64,000 nucleotides of DNA from Mobula hypostoma (lineage: Eukaryota), in NCBI RefSeq assembly GCF_963921235.1, contig NC_086098.1, positions 3,720,001 to 3,784,000 of the forward strand, written 5' to 3'. The notes under the pieces were generated by a model, which saw only the letters and a program-made list of their open reading frames with translations, was not told the origin of the DNA and ran no database searches. Positions within the stretch are counted from its first letter, which is position 1; each line of letters begins with the position of its first letter. This document shows, piece after piece, positions 27,457 through 38,804 of the stretch. The position numbers and the translations under genes are program-made.

Positions 27457-27925
27457 TCGCAAACACAAGGTAATCTGCAGATGCTGGAATTTCAAGCAAC
27501 GTACACAAAATGCTGGTGGAATACAGCAGGCCAGGCAGCATCTATAGGAAGAGGTACAGTCGACGTTTCGGGCCGAGACCCTTCGTCAGGACTAACTGAA
27601 AGAAGAGATAGTAAGAGATTTGAAAGTGAGAGGTGGAGGGGGAGATCCGAAATGATGGGAGAAAACAGGAGGGGGCGGGATGGAGCTAAGAACTGGAAAG
27701 TTGATTGGCAAAAGGGATACGAGGCTGGAGAAGGGAAAGGATCATTGGACGGGAGGCCTAGGGAGAAAGAAAGAGGGGGGGAAGCCCAGAGGATGAGCAA
27801 GGAGTATAGTGAGAGGGACAAAGGGAGAAAAAGGAGAGAGAGAGAAAGAATTAATAATAATAATAAATAAATAATGGATGGGGTACAAAAGGGAGGTGGG
27901 CATTAACGGAAGTTAGAGAAGCCAA
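27457..27925 (-). mobile_element. PLE 3' terminal repeat fragment
   Basis: PLE tail, hammerhead motif and purine-rich tract ending in cattaacggaagttagagaag; a short inverted piece follows at about 27925-27980. Confidence 0.85.
27557..27594 (-). ncRNA. Minimal type I hammerhead ribozyme motif (best-preserved copy)
   Basis: UAGUC-CUGACGA-A-GGGU(CUCG)GCCC-GAAA-CG-UC^GACUG: all core nucleotides, 5-bp stem I, 4-bp stem II. Confidence 0.78.
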
Positions 27926-30073
27926 CCTGATGGCATGAACATTGACTTCTCTAACTTCCGTTAATGCCCCACCTCCCCAACATTTTGTGTGTTAATAGAG
28001 TTATACTGTTTACTTTTTAACTTGTTAATTTATTTGTGGTAATATTAATTTATGTGTTATGTAAGTGAGTTAAACAGTCCATATTGTGTTGTGCACCTTG
28101 GTCCAGAGGAACATTATTTCCTTTGGCGGTATACATGGTTGAATGACAACAAATTTAAACTTGAGGTAAAACTGTGTTGGGCAGAACCAAACGATAACTG
28201 CTTCAATTTTGAGGTCAGTGGTTGAGTGCCAGCTCTTATCACTGGCACACACTTGTTCACCAATATCTAGTGACCCTTATCCAGTGTCATTTCAACAGGA
28301 TCTCTGGGATCCATCTCAATCACTTCAAAACCTTTCAGAGACAGTAAACAAGTGGATGATAAGCACAATATTAGTTAGTTCGAGCTTCATTGTCATTGTT
28401 GTGAACAACCAGATTGTAGTGTTGCTCCATTCGGTGTAAAACAGTACACTGGCAATTCAGTTACTAAAAATAACGCCTGAGTTATTTAGAATGACATCAA
28501 AGTTACAACTGAAGTTCAAAGTTCAAACATTCAAAGTAAATTTATTATCAAAGTACATATATGGCACCATATATGTTAGAGCTGTTGGGGAGGGTTTAAA
28601 CTGTTTTGGCGGTGGGGTGTGTGGGATCTGGAATGAAGGGGCTCAGGATAGGATGGATGGTTAAAAAAAAGCAAAGATAGCGTGCAGTCAGACTGTCAAG
28701 AAGGGCAGCAGATGATAGGACAAAATTGCAGCCAGCAGGGTGAGTATCAGTGCATTAGGAATGCAGAATCAAAAAGGGTAGCAAATACAGTACTCAAAGT
28801 GTAATATCTCAATGCATGAAGTATAAGAAATAAGGTGGATGATTTAACTGAACTATTACAGATCATCAGATTGTTGTGGCCATCACTGAACCATGGCTGA
28901 AATATGGTTTTAGTTGGGAGCTGAATGTCCAAGGTTACCTGTTACATTGGGAGGGATAGGCAGGCAGGTAGAAGGGGTGGCGTAGCTCTGCTGGTAATGA
29001 ATGGCATCAACTCAATAGGAAAACATGACATAGAATCGGAAGATGTTGAATCCTTGTGGGTTGAGTTAAGTAACTGCAAGGGTAAAAGGACCTTGATGGC
29101 AGTTATATAGAGACCTCCAAACAGTAGCTGGGATGTGAACTACAGATTACAATGGGAAATAGAAAAGGTGTGTCAAAAGGGCAATGTAATGGTCATCATG
29201 GGAGGTTTTAACATGCAGGTCGATAGGGAAAATTAGGTTGGTAATGGATCTCAAGAGAGTGACTTTGCTGAATGCCTACGAAATCACTTTTTAGAACAGT
29301 TTGTTGTGAGGTCACTAGGGGATCAGCAATACTGGATTGGGTGTTATGTAATGAACTGAATGCGATTTGGAAGCTTAAGGTAAAGGAACCCTTAGGAGCC
29401 AATGATCAAATATGATTGAGTTCAACTTGAAATTTGATAGAGAGAAAGTAAAATCTGATGTAGCAGTATTTCAGCGGAGTAAGGGAAATTACAGTGGTAT
29501 GAGAGAGGAGTTGGCCAAAGTAAATTGGAAGGAGATACCATCAGGGATGATAGCAGAGTAGCAATGGCATGAGTTTCAGGGAAAAATGAGGAAGGTGCAG
29601 CATAGATGTAATACAAAAACAAAGAAATACTCAAATGGCAAAATAGTAAACTGTGACTGACAAGGGAAGTTAAAGCTAATGTAAAAGCAAAAGAGAGGGC
29701 ATACAACAAAGCAAAAATTAGAGGGAAGATAGAGGATTACGAAGTCTTTAAAAAAATCTACAGAGAGCAAATAAAAGAATCATTAGGAGGGATGATGAAA
29801 TATGAAAGCAATCTAGCAAGCGACATCAAAGTGGACAGCAAAAGCTATTTCAAGTATGGAAAAAATATAGGTGGGACTGAGTGGCTAGAAAATGAGGCCA
29901 GAAAAATAATAACAAGGGGCAAGGAGATGATAGATGAACTAAATGAGTACTTGCATCTGTCCTCACTGTGGAGGACACCAGCAGTGTGGCGGATGTTGAA
30001 GGGTGTGAGGGAAGAAAAGTGGGTGCAGTTACTATTACAAGGGAGAAGGCGCTCAAAAAGCTGAAAGACCTAA

Positions 30074-32479
30074 CGTTACATGGGGGGGGGGGGCATTGAT
30101 GGCGGACCCAAATACAAGACACCAACACTGAAGTACTAGGAACAGGACTAGGTTTATCGAAATAGCAAGGTGAGTCAGGAAGAAACGACGCTGGACATTG
30201 ACACAGGCCCTGGACGAGACTAGGATTCAGGGCCTGGGCTTGGACTTGGGCTAGAAGCACAGGACCCGGATGTGGAACTAAGAATAAGGAGCCTGGACTA
30301 GGAACATGGAACTCCGGAACCAGAGTCTGGACAAGGACCCGGAACCTGGGTCTTGGTTGGGACTCGGAAACTGGATCTTGACTCGGAACCGGCACCCGGG
30401 TCTAAGCTAGGACTCGGGACTAGGATCTTGGTAAGGACAGGATTTTTTGGACAGGGCTGGAACACGGCGCCTGGACTAGGTCTTGGAACACAGGAACACA
30501 GAGCCTTGGACGTGGACTGGACACTCAGAGCCTTGGACGTGGGCTGGACTGTTCTGTTACACAGGGGACTGGACTGTTCCCTTCCCCTTCCTTCTGAAGC
30601 CTCGCCTGCATCCCCGTCAAGTTCAACCGCCGGAGTGAGACCGGAACCTTGCCACGCCAAGATAATAGACAATAGCTGCAGGAGTAGGCCATTCGGCCCT
30701 TCGAGCCAGCACCATGATCACTGTGATCATGGCTGATCATCCACAATCAGTACCCCGTTCCTGCCTTCTCCCCATATCCCTTGACTCCACTATCTTTAAG
30801 AGCTCTATCTAACTCTTTCTTGAAAGCATCCAGAGAATTGGCCTCCACTGCCTTCTGAGGCAGAGCATTCCACATATCCACAACTCTCTGGGTGAAAAAG
30901 TTTTTCCTCAACTCCGTTGTAAATGGCCTACCCCTAATTCTTAAACTGTGGCCTCTGGTTCTGGACTCCTCCAACATCGGGAACATGTTTCCTGCCTCTA
31001 GCGTGTCCAATCCCTTAATAATCTCATATGTTTCAATCAGATCCCCTCTCATCCTTCTAAATTCCAGTATATACAAGCCCAGTCACTCCAATCTTTCAAC
31101 ATATGACAGTCCCGCCATCCTGGGAATTAACCTTGTGAACCTCCGCTGCACTCCCTCAATAGCAAGAATGTCCTTCCTCAAATTTGGAGACCAAAACTGC
31201 ACACAATACTCCAGTTGTGGTCTCGCCAGGGCCCTGTACAACTGCAGAAGGGGCTCTTTGCTCCTATACTCAACTGCCCTTGTTATGAAGGCCAACATGC
31301 CATTAGCTTTCTTCACTGCCTGCTGTATCTGCATGCTTACATTCAGTGACTGATGAACAAGGACACCTAGATCTCGTTGTACTTCCCCTTTTCCTAACTT
31401 GACACCATTCAGATAGTAATCTGCCTTCCTGTTCTTGCCACCAAAGCAGACAACCTCACATTTATCAATTTATCAAAGTGAATAACCTCACAAGATAAGG
31501 AACTATCTATCGTTGAGTTGGAACTATCTCTTTGTATCCCCGTGTTTAGTGTCTGTGTCAAAGAAGAGTCCCGGCCCTAGGTCCTGTTCCCAAGGAGAGG
31601 TCCCGGCTCTGTGTTCTGTGTTCCAGTGCTCCAAGTTCCAGGCGCCATGTTCCAGTCCTGCCCAAGTCAAGGCATCGTGTTCTTGTCTTGTCCATGTGCC
31701 TTGTCCAGTTCAGGAGTCCCTCATCCAGCCCAGGAGTCCCTCAGCAAATTACCTCGGCAGTTTACCTTGGCAAGTGTCCTCGGCAATCATCCTGGCCTTG
31801 CATCCTAGAAAGCATCCCGGCCCTGCGTCCTAGAAAGGGTCCCGGACCTGCGCTCCAAGGAGGAGTCCCGGCTCCGTACCCAAGAGCCTAACCAAGCCGA
31901 GTCCAAGAACCACGTCCCGCCCTGGAGTACCTCGTCCTGCCCTGGAGTGCCTCGTCCAGTCCACGTCCAAGGCTCTGAGCATCCAGTCCACGTCCAAGGC
32001 TCTGTGTTCCTGTGTTCCAAGACCTAGTCCAGGCGCCATGTTCCAGCCCTGTCCAAGTTTGAGCTTCGTGTTCTCATCCAGTTCTGGTGCCTCTTCCAGT
32101 CCACGTGCCTATCCCAGCCCAGGAGCTCCTCACCTAGCCCGGTGCTGGAGATTCTTCGTCCTGTGCTGTAGCCACGTCTTGTCCTCGCCTATATCTGGGG
32201 TCCGAGCCCGAGTCAAGGCCCAGGTTCCAGGTCCCTGTCCAGTCTCTGGCTAGGAGTCCTAGCCCAGTCTCCTAGTTCCAAGTTCCTTGTCCTGGTCCCG
32301 CTTTCCTAGTCTTAGTCCTAGTCCAGGCCCGGTGTCTTTGTCTTGTCTAGGGCCTGTGTCCATGTCCAGCATGGTTTCTTCCTGACTCCCCTTGCTTTCT
32401 TGATAAACCTTGTCCTGTTCCTAGTACTTCAGTGTCTGTGTCTTGCATTTGGGTCTGCTCCCAACGCCCTGTTATGACA
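30074..32479. mobile_element. Non-coding element with about 500-bp inverted LTR-like arms and a 5-bp TSD
   Basis: TSD cctaa at 30069-73 and 32480-84; termini cgttaca...atgaca; arms about 30074-30550 and 31953-32479 are imperfect reverse complements. Confidence 0.85.
30666..31490 (-). mobile_element. CR1 3' fragment nested in the inverted-repeat element
   Basis: TSD caagataa at 30658-65 and 31491-98; RPQLEYCVQFWSP and TRGHSLRI...GYGEKAG. Confidence 0.93.
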
Positions 32480-32689
32480 CCTAAGGGTCACCTGGACCAG
32501 ATGAACTGCACTCTAGGGTTCTGAAAGACGTAGTGGTAGAAATTGTGGAGGCATCAGAATTTCACAATACGGGTTTTTTCTTATATTGAGTATACAAAGT
32601 CTCTGATACTGCAAAAGTATCAAATTATTCTTTAGTAGACCTTTCTTATTTTCAAGTGAAGTTTACAAACTATTATTAAGAAACTGAGA

Positions 32690-32902
32690 GCAACACACAC
32701 AAAACTCAGCAGGTCTGGCAGCATTTATGGAAATATACAGTCAATGTTTTGGGTCGAGACCCTTCAACAGGACTCGGGCCAGGGTCTCCAGAAACTTTGA
32801 CTGTTTGTTCCTCTCCATAGATGCTGCCTGAACTGCTGAGTTCTTCCAGCACTTCGTGTGTGTTACTCTGGATTTCCAGCTTTTGCAGGATGTCTTGTGT
32901 TT
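32690..32902. mobile_element. Palindromic PLE-derived mini-element
   Basis: Inverted PLE terminal repeats joined near 32775 at the hammerhead motif. Confidence 0.72.
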
Positions 32903-33602
32903 ATTGGGAAATTGACCAGGATTTTTTTCTCGGCTTCTGATAATTTAAATCATAAGTTATTCTACATTGTTGTTGTTGTTCCTCTCCTCTCCACGCCCAG
33001 CGGCACACCTACCTGGCCATTTCCTTAGCATTTTTGGCTGTTTTTTATGAAGCCCGGAACAGATGCAAATCGTGCAAGGAGTTGACCAGATTTAAACCAG
33101 GGACCACTTATCTCGAAGTCTGGTGTGGATGCCACTACGGCACCAACTGGCGTTATCCTGCACTACATGCCACAATATCCATTCAATTAATTCACAGAAA
33201 TGTGAGGAAAAGTTTCGGCATACTTCACTCCTCAGCTCACAAATTGCCAGAATACACTGCAGAACAATGTAAAACTGGTATAAAATTGGGTTTTACAGAA
33301 AGAAATCCGGAGGAAGTCAGCAGGTCAGCAAGCATCTACTGAGGCAAATGAATAATCAATGTTTTGCAATGAGACCCTTCATCAGGATCGACGAAGGGTC
33401 TCGGCCTGAAATGTCAGAATCAGAATCAGGTTTAATATCACTGGCATATGTCATGAAATGTGCAGGAGTATATTGCAATACTTAGAATCATAGAAAATAC
33501 AGCACAGAAACCAACCCTCAACCCATCTAGTCCATGCCGAAATCATTTAAACTGCCTACTCCCATTGACCTGCACCAGGACCACATCCCTCCAGATCTGT
33601 AC

Positions 33603-34455
33603 TGTCACGTACCCCATGAAGGGTTAAAGAACCAGCAGACATGGAAAACACTTTGGAGTCCAGTTTTGCTATTAGCTAATAATATTTATTAGTAACTATG
33701 CAATACAGTAATTTAAAATGCAGATAAATCAAACAGGTTAGCAATGATTATATATAAATAAGTGTGGAATATATAGGAAAACTAAGCTTCTTCAAGTCTA
33801 GGGGTAAATAGATAGTCTTACGATGATGATTAAAGTTCAGTTCAGTTCGTGGTATTGAGTTGAGTAGTGATGGAGAGACAGAGAGGGAGAGATTTGAGTC
33901 TTCAGGTGAGCTGACACCGTCGACCTTCCTGCTGTCCTCCGAAATTCTTTAAAAGTCACCGACTGTGACCGCAACAAAGGGGACTGTTTTCCTGTGGTGG
34001 AATTATCAACCCAGGCAAGGGTGGACCCATGGACAACTCCCCACCAGTCACTCCCTTTTCACACTGCAAGAGCCACTGATTGATCCGCCTGATCGATCCT
34101 CCAAAAAACCCACTTTTCCTGTAGGCACAACAAAGCTCATTTAGTGTCCAAAAACATGTGCCGCAGGTCTATCATCTGACCTATTTATCTCACCGTACTG
34201 AGTACCAACTGTCTCTCAAATAACTCCTCCCTTCTCTGTCTGTGTAAGAGTGTACTAGCAGGCAATGTCCTTGGGAAGTATAAACACGCCCCAGAGAAAC
34301 TGTAACATCGATTGTCCATCAAATAACACCACCCTCGGTCACCATAGTGACTTACGAGCTGCTCGGTGCTCTCTCTCTCTGTCCCCAACTCAGCAGAAAA
34401 GTTAGTCTCAGTGCCTCCTCGTGCCTTAAAGTGACAGTCCAAAAGTTAGTCTTCG

Positions 34456-34492
<37 letters not shown>

Positions 34493-34544
34493 CTCTCTCT
34501 TTTCAAAACAACAGTTCAGAGGGGTAATTCAGGACCCCATCACA
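33603..34544 (-). mobile_element. Solo LTR (Gypsy-like)
   Basis: TGTCAC...ATCACA termini; 4-bp TSD gtac/ctac (one mismatch); reverse-complement homolog of 53537-54364. Confidence 0.88.
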
Positions 34545-34654
34545 CTACTATCAATATACCTATCCAAACTTCTCTTAAAACATTGAAATGGAGATCGCAT
34601 GCACCACATGTGCTGGCAAGTCATTCCACACTCTCATGACCCTCTGAGTATCCT

Positions 34655-35450
34655 GAGACCTCATCCTTAATAATTGACTCCAACATCTTCCCAACCAGTG
34701 AGGTCAGAATAACTGGCCTATAATTCCCTTTCTTGAAGAGCGAACTAACATTTGCAATTTTCCAGTCTTCCAGTAAGCATTCCAGAATCGAGTGATTCTT
34801 GAAAGATCATTTCTCATGCCTCCATGATCTGTTCAGCCACCTCTTTCAGGATGTTTGGGTGTACACTAACTCATCCAGATGACCTTTCTACTTTCAGACC
34901 TTTCAGTTTCCCAAGAACTTTCTCCCTAGCAAAGGCAATTTCACACACTTCATGACCCTGACACCTGGAACTTCCACCACACTGCTGGTGACTTCCACAG
35001 TGACGACTGATACAAAATACTTATTCAGGTTGTCCGTTATTTCCTTGTCTCCCATTACTCTCTCTCCGGCATCGTTTTCCAGCAGTCCAATATCCACTCT
35101 TTTTACACTTTACTTCCAGACGGCTAGCTACTTATGACTCTGAGGGGAGCCATGGAGTCATAAATAGCTAGCCATCTGGACACAAGCTGGGGTCTGATCA
35201 GCCCCGGCTGGGTCACCTGGAGGAGGTTGTATGATGTTGAAAGACCCCAAACACCCGATGATTCCAGGAACATCACTGAAGATGTGTCCAGAAGCATCAA
35301 TAGATGTATGTACACAGCATCCGAAGAAACTTTTGGTATCTTCTTTAATATTACTGGCTAGCTTACTTTCTTATTCCATCTTTACATCTTAATGACTTTT
35401 TTAGTTGCCTTCTGTTAGTTTTTAAAAGCATTCCAATCCTCAACTTCCCA
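34655..35450 (-). mobile_element. CR1 internal fragment carrying a short insertion
   Basis: DIGLLENDAGERVMGDKEITDNLNKYF linker fragment. Confidence 0.8.
35115..35318 (+). mobile_element. 3' end of a non-LTR retroelement (tentatively HERO-like) with a 5' snap-back inversion
   Basis: 26-bp inverted duplication 35115-35140 / 35155-35180 followed by a highly self-complementary segment; family call is from recollection only. Confidence 0.5.
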
Positions 35451-35744
35451 CGTGTATAAATTAAATAGTGCAAAAAGAGAGACAAAAATGGTGAGGTAGT
35501 GTCCATAGGTTCATGGGCCATTCAGAAATCCGATGGTGGAGGGTAAGAAGCTGGTCTTAAAACTTTGAACCTCTGCCTTGGCGTCAGCATTGAGAAGAAG
35601 ATATGTTCAGATTCTCTCCATACATGCTGTCTGACCCAGAGTTTCTTAGGTTTTTTTTATTGTTGCTCCAGATTTCTAGCATCTGTAACTCTTTTTTGTG
35701 TCTTCATAAAACTGATGTTGTAGTATTATCGGTGGTGGGGTCTC

Positions 35745-36475
35745 TACCTAATGAGATGTAAAGCACTGCTTCTCTTCGTTAACCTGCAGGTCACCTTTGG
35801 GCAAGGTATTGCACCTGCTTAGCCCCCAATCAGGGTCACTTAAAGCCAATGGGAGCAGGTGGTGGATGGTCGTATCACAATCTTCTCCGTGGATTGTCAC
35901 CTTGTCACGGTGGAGAAGCTTGTGTGGTCCTGAGATCCCGAGAGTAATGCCGTCTGGAGCTATGCTCCTGGTAGGGTCACCCATGGTGGTAAGGTCGAGG
36001 GTGAGGTCCCTGACAAAGAACAATCCAACCAACACCTCAACGGTGGAACAGGCGGATGAAGTTACTTCGAACTCAACGGCTGTGAAGGCAGATGAAGGCT
36101 GCAATAAATCCATCAGCTCCAATCGTCATGGTTTCCATGCCATTGGAATCAGTTGGTTGATTTGTGAAGTATCGTGTGCTTCTTGGAGTGCAACATCAAG
36201 TACACATTAAACAAATACATGCACAGGCGTCTTCACTCTGTATGAAACTAAGACCATCATCCTCGACCTCGAGGTATAGTCACGACATATCACAAGTCCT
36301 GATTATGTGACCACTGACACAGGCAGACAATCTCTATAATGAGTATTGACAATGGCTGGGATCACCTGTCTTGTAAAGACACTGCTCAGAAGAAGGGAAT
36401 GGCAAACCACTTCTGTAGAAAAATTTGCCAAGAACAATCATGGTTATGGAAAGACCATGATCGCTCACGTCATAT
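35745..36475 (+). mobile_element. SINE-like element with an RTE-related segment, split by an insertion
   Basis: gaagaagggaatggcaaaccacttc resembles the RTE/BovB-type ggagaaggaaatggcaacccactcc motif. Confidence 0.55.
35881..36287 (+). mobile_element. Non-autonomous RTE-derived element (RTE/Expander-type 5' UTR plus short tail)
   Basis: TSD tatcacaa at 35873-80 and 36288-95; caccttgtcacggtggagaagcttg...ggtagggtcaccca...ctgacaaa matches RTE 5' UTR architecture. Confidence 0.7.
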
Positions 36476-38492
36476 GAATGTTATGAATGAACTATTTTGT
36501 AATTTGATGTTTGTCCTCAATGTCATGCTAAAAATGAAAGCATGAGAATATCTGTTGTCTAAAATTTGCAATCCTTTCTACAAGCTTTCTTGCAATAAGT
36601 CTTAACGATAAATAGTGAAGAAAAAGTTTATTAATTTTGTTCTTTCTCTTTTAATGGGAGTGTCAAATGAAGATGACAAATTTAAATAAGTTAGAACCTG
36701 TTTTCTAAACTTTAATTCCAGCCTGATGGCATTCTCTGTCAATCTTTAAAGTTTTTACAAGTTTTGCTCAATTTAACTTTGAAGTTCAAAGTAAATTTAT
36801 TATCAAAGTACATATAGTATATGTCACCACATTCTAGCTAGATTCATTTTCTTGCAGGCATTCACAATAGAACAAAGAAGTACAACAGAATCAATAAAAT
36901 ACACACACAAAGAGTGACAATCAGCCTCTGTGAAAAAGAAGCATGATATAACTAAATAATAACTAAATAAATAATACTGAGAACATGAGCTGTAGAGTCC
37001 TTGAAGGTGAGTCCATAGATTGTGTTCAGTGTTGTGGTGAGTGAAGTTATCTACTCTGGTTCAGGAGCCTGATGACTGAAGGGTAATAACTGTTCCTGAA
37101 CCTGGTAGTGTGAGACCCAAGGCTCCTGTAACTTAGGTGAAACTCTGCAAAAATATGAAATCTATGTATCATTATGAAAATATAATGATGTTGAAGATCA
37201 GTGTAAGCTAAGCAGTGACTTCATATTGTCCACAATATGTTTCTGAATATTATTTAAACAGCTGTGGCTCAGTGCAAGCAACACATTGGAAAGTGCAGAA
37301 TGCTTAAGAGCAAAGTCTTTGCAAGAGCAGCATGTAATACAATTGATGTCATGCTGTTGATTAAATTCTGTAAGATGATATTCTTTCATTTGCAGGAGAG
37401 GTAAATAACAAGTTTGTGTTCCATGCCATAAAAAATTGATTATGAACAGCAGGAAAACAAATTTACGGCAATCACATTAAGCACAGACAATCGAGTTGGA
37501 ACCTTAGGACAATGCATATTCACAAGATGCATGTAATTTATTTGGCAAAGCAGCATTAAACTGCATAATAAGACACTCGAATTTTCTGCAATTTCAGATG
37601 AAACAACTACAAACTAATAATGTTTTTGAAAAGGCACAGGCTTACTGGGAGTCTCAATGGACCATCCAAGAAGATGCAATTTCATTAGTTACACCATATA
37701 CTGTGTTTGAAATATGTGTTCCAGCAGTTTAACATCCAAGTACTGCCTTATGGAAAACTAATTACTGAATCACTAAGAGCTCCATAATGTCCTGCATTAA
37801 GTATCAGGCATCATACATAATGCATGTAGAACAGCCTCTGCACACTGATTACAGAACACTGTCATTAAGTGAGGAAATTAAAGACGGGAATAATTCACCG
37901 AATGAGCTTACTTGTCAGTGTTGTGTTGTGAAATTAGAAATTCTAATGGGTGCTGCAATTTTCTCACTCAGTTGACACAAAGAACAATTTTAAGATACAT
38001 TGTAAAAATTAAACATAATTGTCCTTTTTCCAAGGATGTCCACTCAATTTCTTTGTAGATTCCATTCGTATTGCAATCAACTTATCCTTTTAAATAATAT
38101 ACAGTTGTCAACAATGGTTATCAAAATAATACCTGTACTACTTTGCATAATGTAATGAATCAATTTACCATAATCAGACAAATGATAGCAGAATGTAAAC
38201 AATAGATGCATTTTGAGATAATGTTACATAATGTATAAAATGTATATAAAGGATTACATTAACAATAAATGGCATAGCATTAAACCTTTTCTAAATCAAC
38301 ATATATAGTTATTTTACACAATAAGAAATAAACGTTCATATTTTTCTAAGGTGGTTGTTGGCAAAAAAAATCTATCACCTAACGACCCTGCTCCCTAAGG
38401 CTTTACATATATGTACAGAGAGAAAAAAATCAATCATAGCAAATCTAACAAAAAGGCCTTAAATATATTTTAGGTCATACAGAACCTCTTAC

Positions 38493-38804
38493 CTCAGTTT
38501 CACACAATGTTGAGATTTATTTCTGCGGATTTTCGCTAAAGCCCAGAGACAGGGGCAGAGTCCACTTGACCGCACATAACAGCATCTTCACCAAATGTTC
38601 CCAGCTGTCATATAAAATATTATCAATACTAACAAAAAATATATCTCCCTCTGGAGAACTCTCTTTCCTTTTCTCATTCCCTCTGTCTCAAATCTTTGTG
38701 CCATTTCCTTCGGCGACATGAACGGGGAAAAACACGGGATGTTGCTCACTGTAAATCTGAAACAGTCCCGGCTGATTTCCTCAAATCACTGGCTGACAGG
38801 ACAT
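38493..38804 (-). other. Putative 312-nt exon of a divergent minus-strand transcript (5' UTR with small ORFs, or lncRNA)
   Basis: Acceptor gtgttttcccccag|ATG at 38804 and strong donor GAG|gtaaga at 38493, in unique TE-free sequence. Confidence 0.6.
38588..38719 (-). CDS. Candidate 43-aa small ORF with a basic stretch and hydrophobic C-terminus
   Basis: MSPKEMAQRFETEGMRKGKRVLQREIYFLLVLIIFYMTAGNIW*, translated by hand; no direct evidence of translation. Confidence 0.25.
   Translation of the reverse strand: MSPKEMAQRFETEGMRKGKRVLQREIYFLLVLIIFYMTAGNIW

Larger units (their letters stand above)
28574..32555 (+). mobile_element. Old CR1 LINE (endonuclease to linker region) hosting nested insertions
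   Basis: DRQAGRRGGVALLV...ESLWVEL endonuclease fragment; sequence continues gaaagacctaa|gggtcacctggaccagatg across the 30074-32479 insert. Confidence 0.85.

Noticed and set aside
30460..30550. CRISPR-like repeat array
   Set aside because: Short tandem duplications inside a eukaryotic TE arm, without unique spacers or cas genes.
37396..37400. 5-nt + strand microexon (tttcatttgcag|gagag|gtaaat)
   Set aside because: Not frame-preserving and upstream of the + strand promoter, with no known host transcript.
38493..38719. Selenoprotein via in-frame UGA read-through
   Set aside because: No SECIS can be assessed, there is no CxxU-type context, and about 30 open codons after a stop is common by chance.
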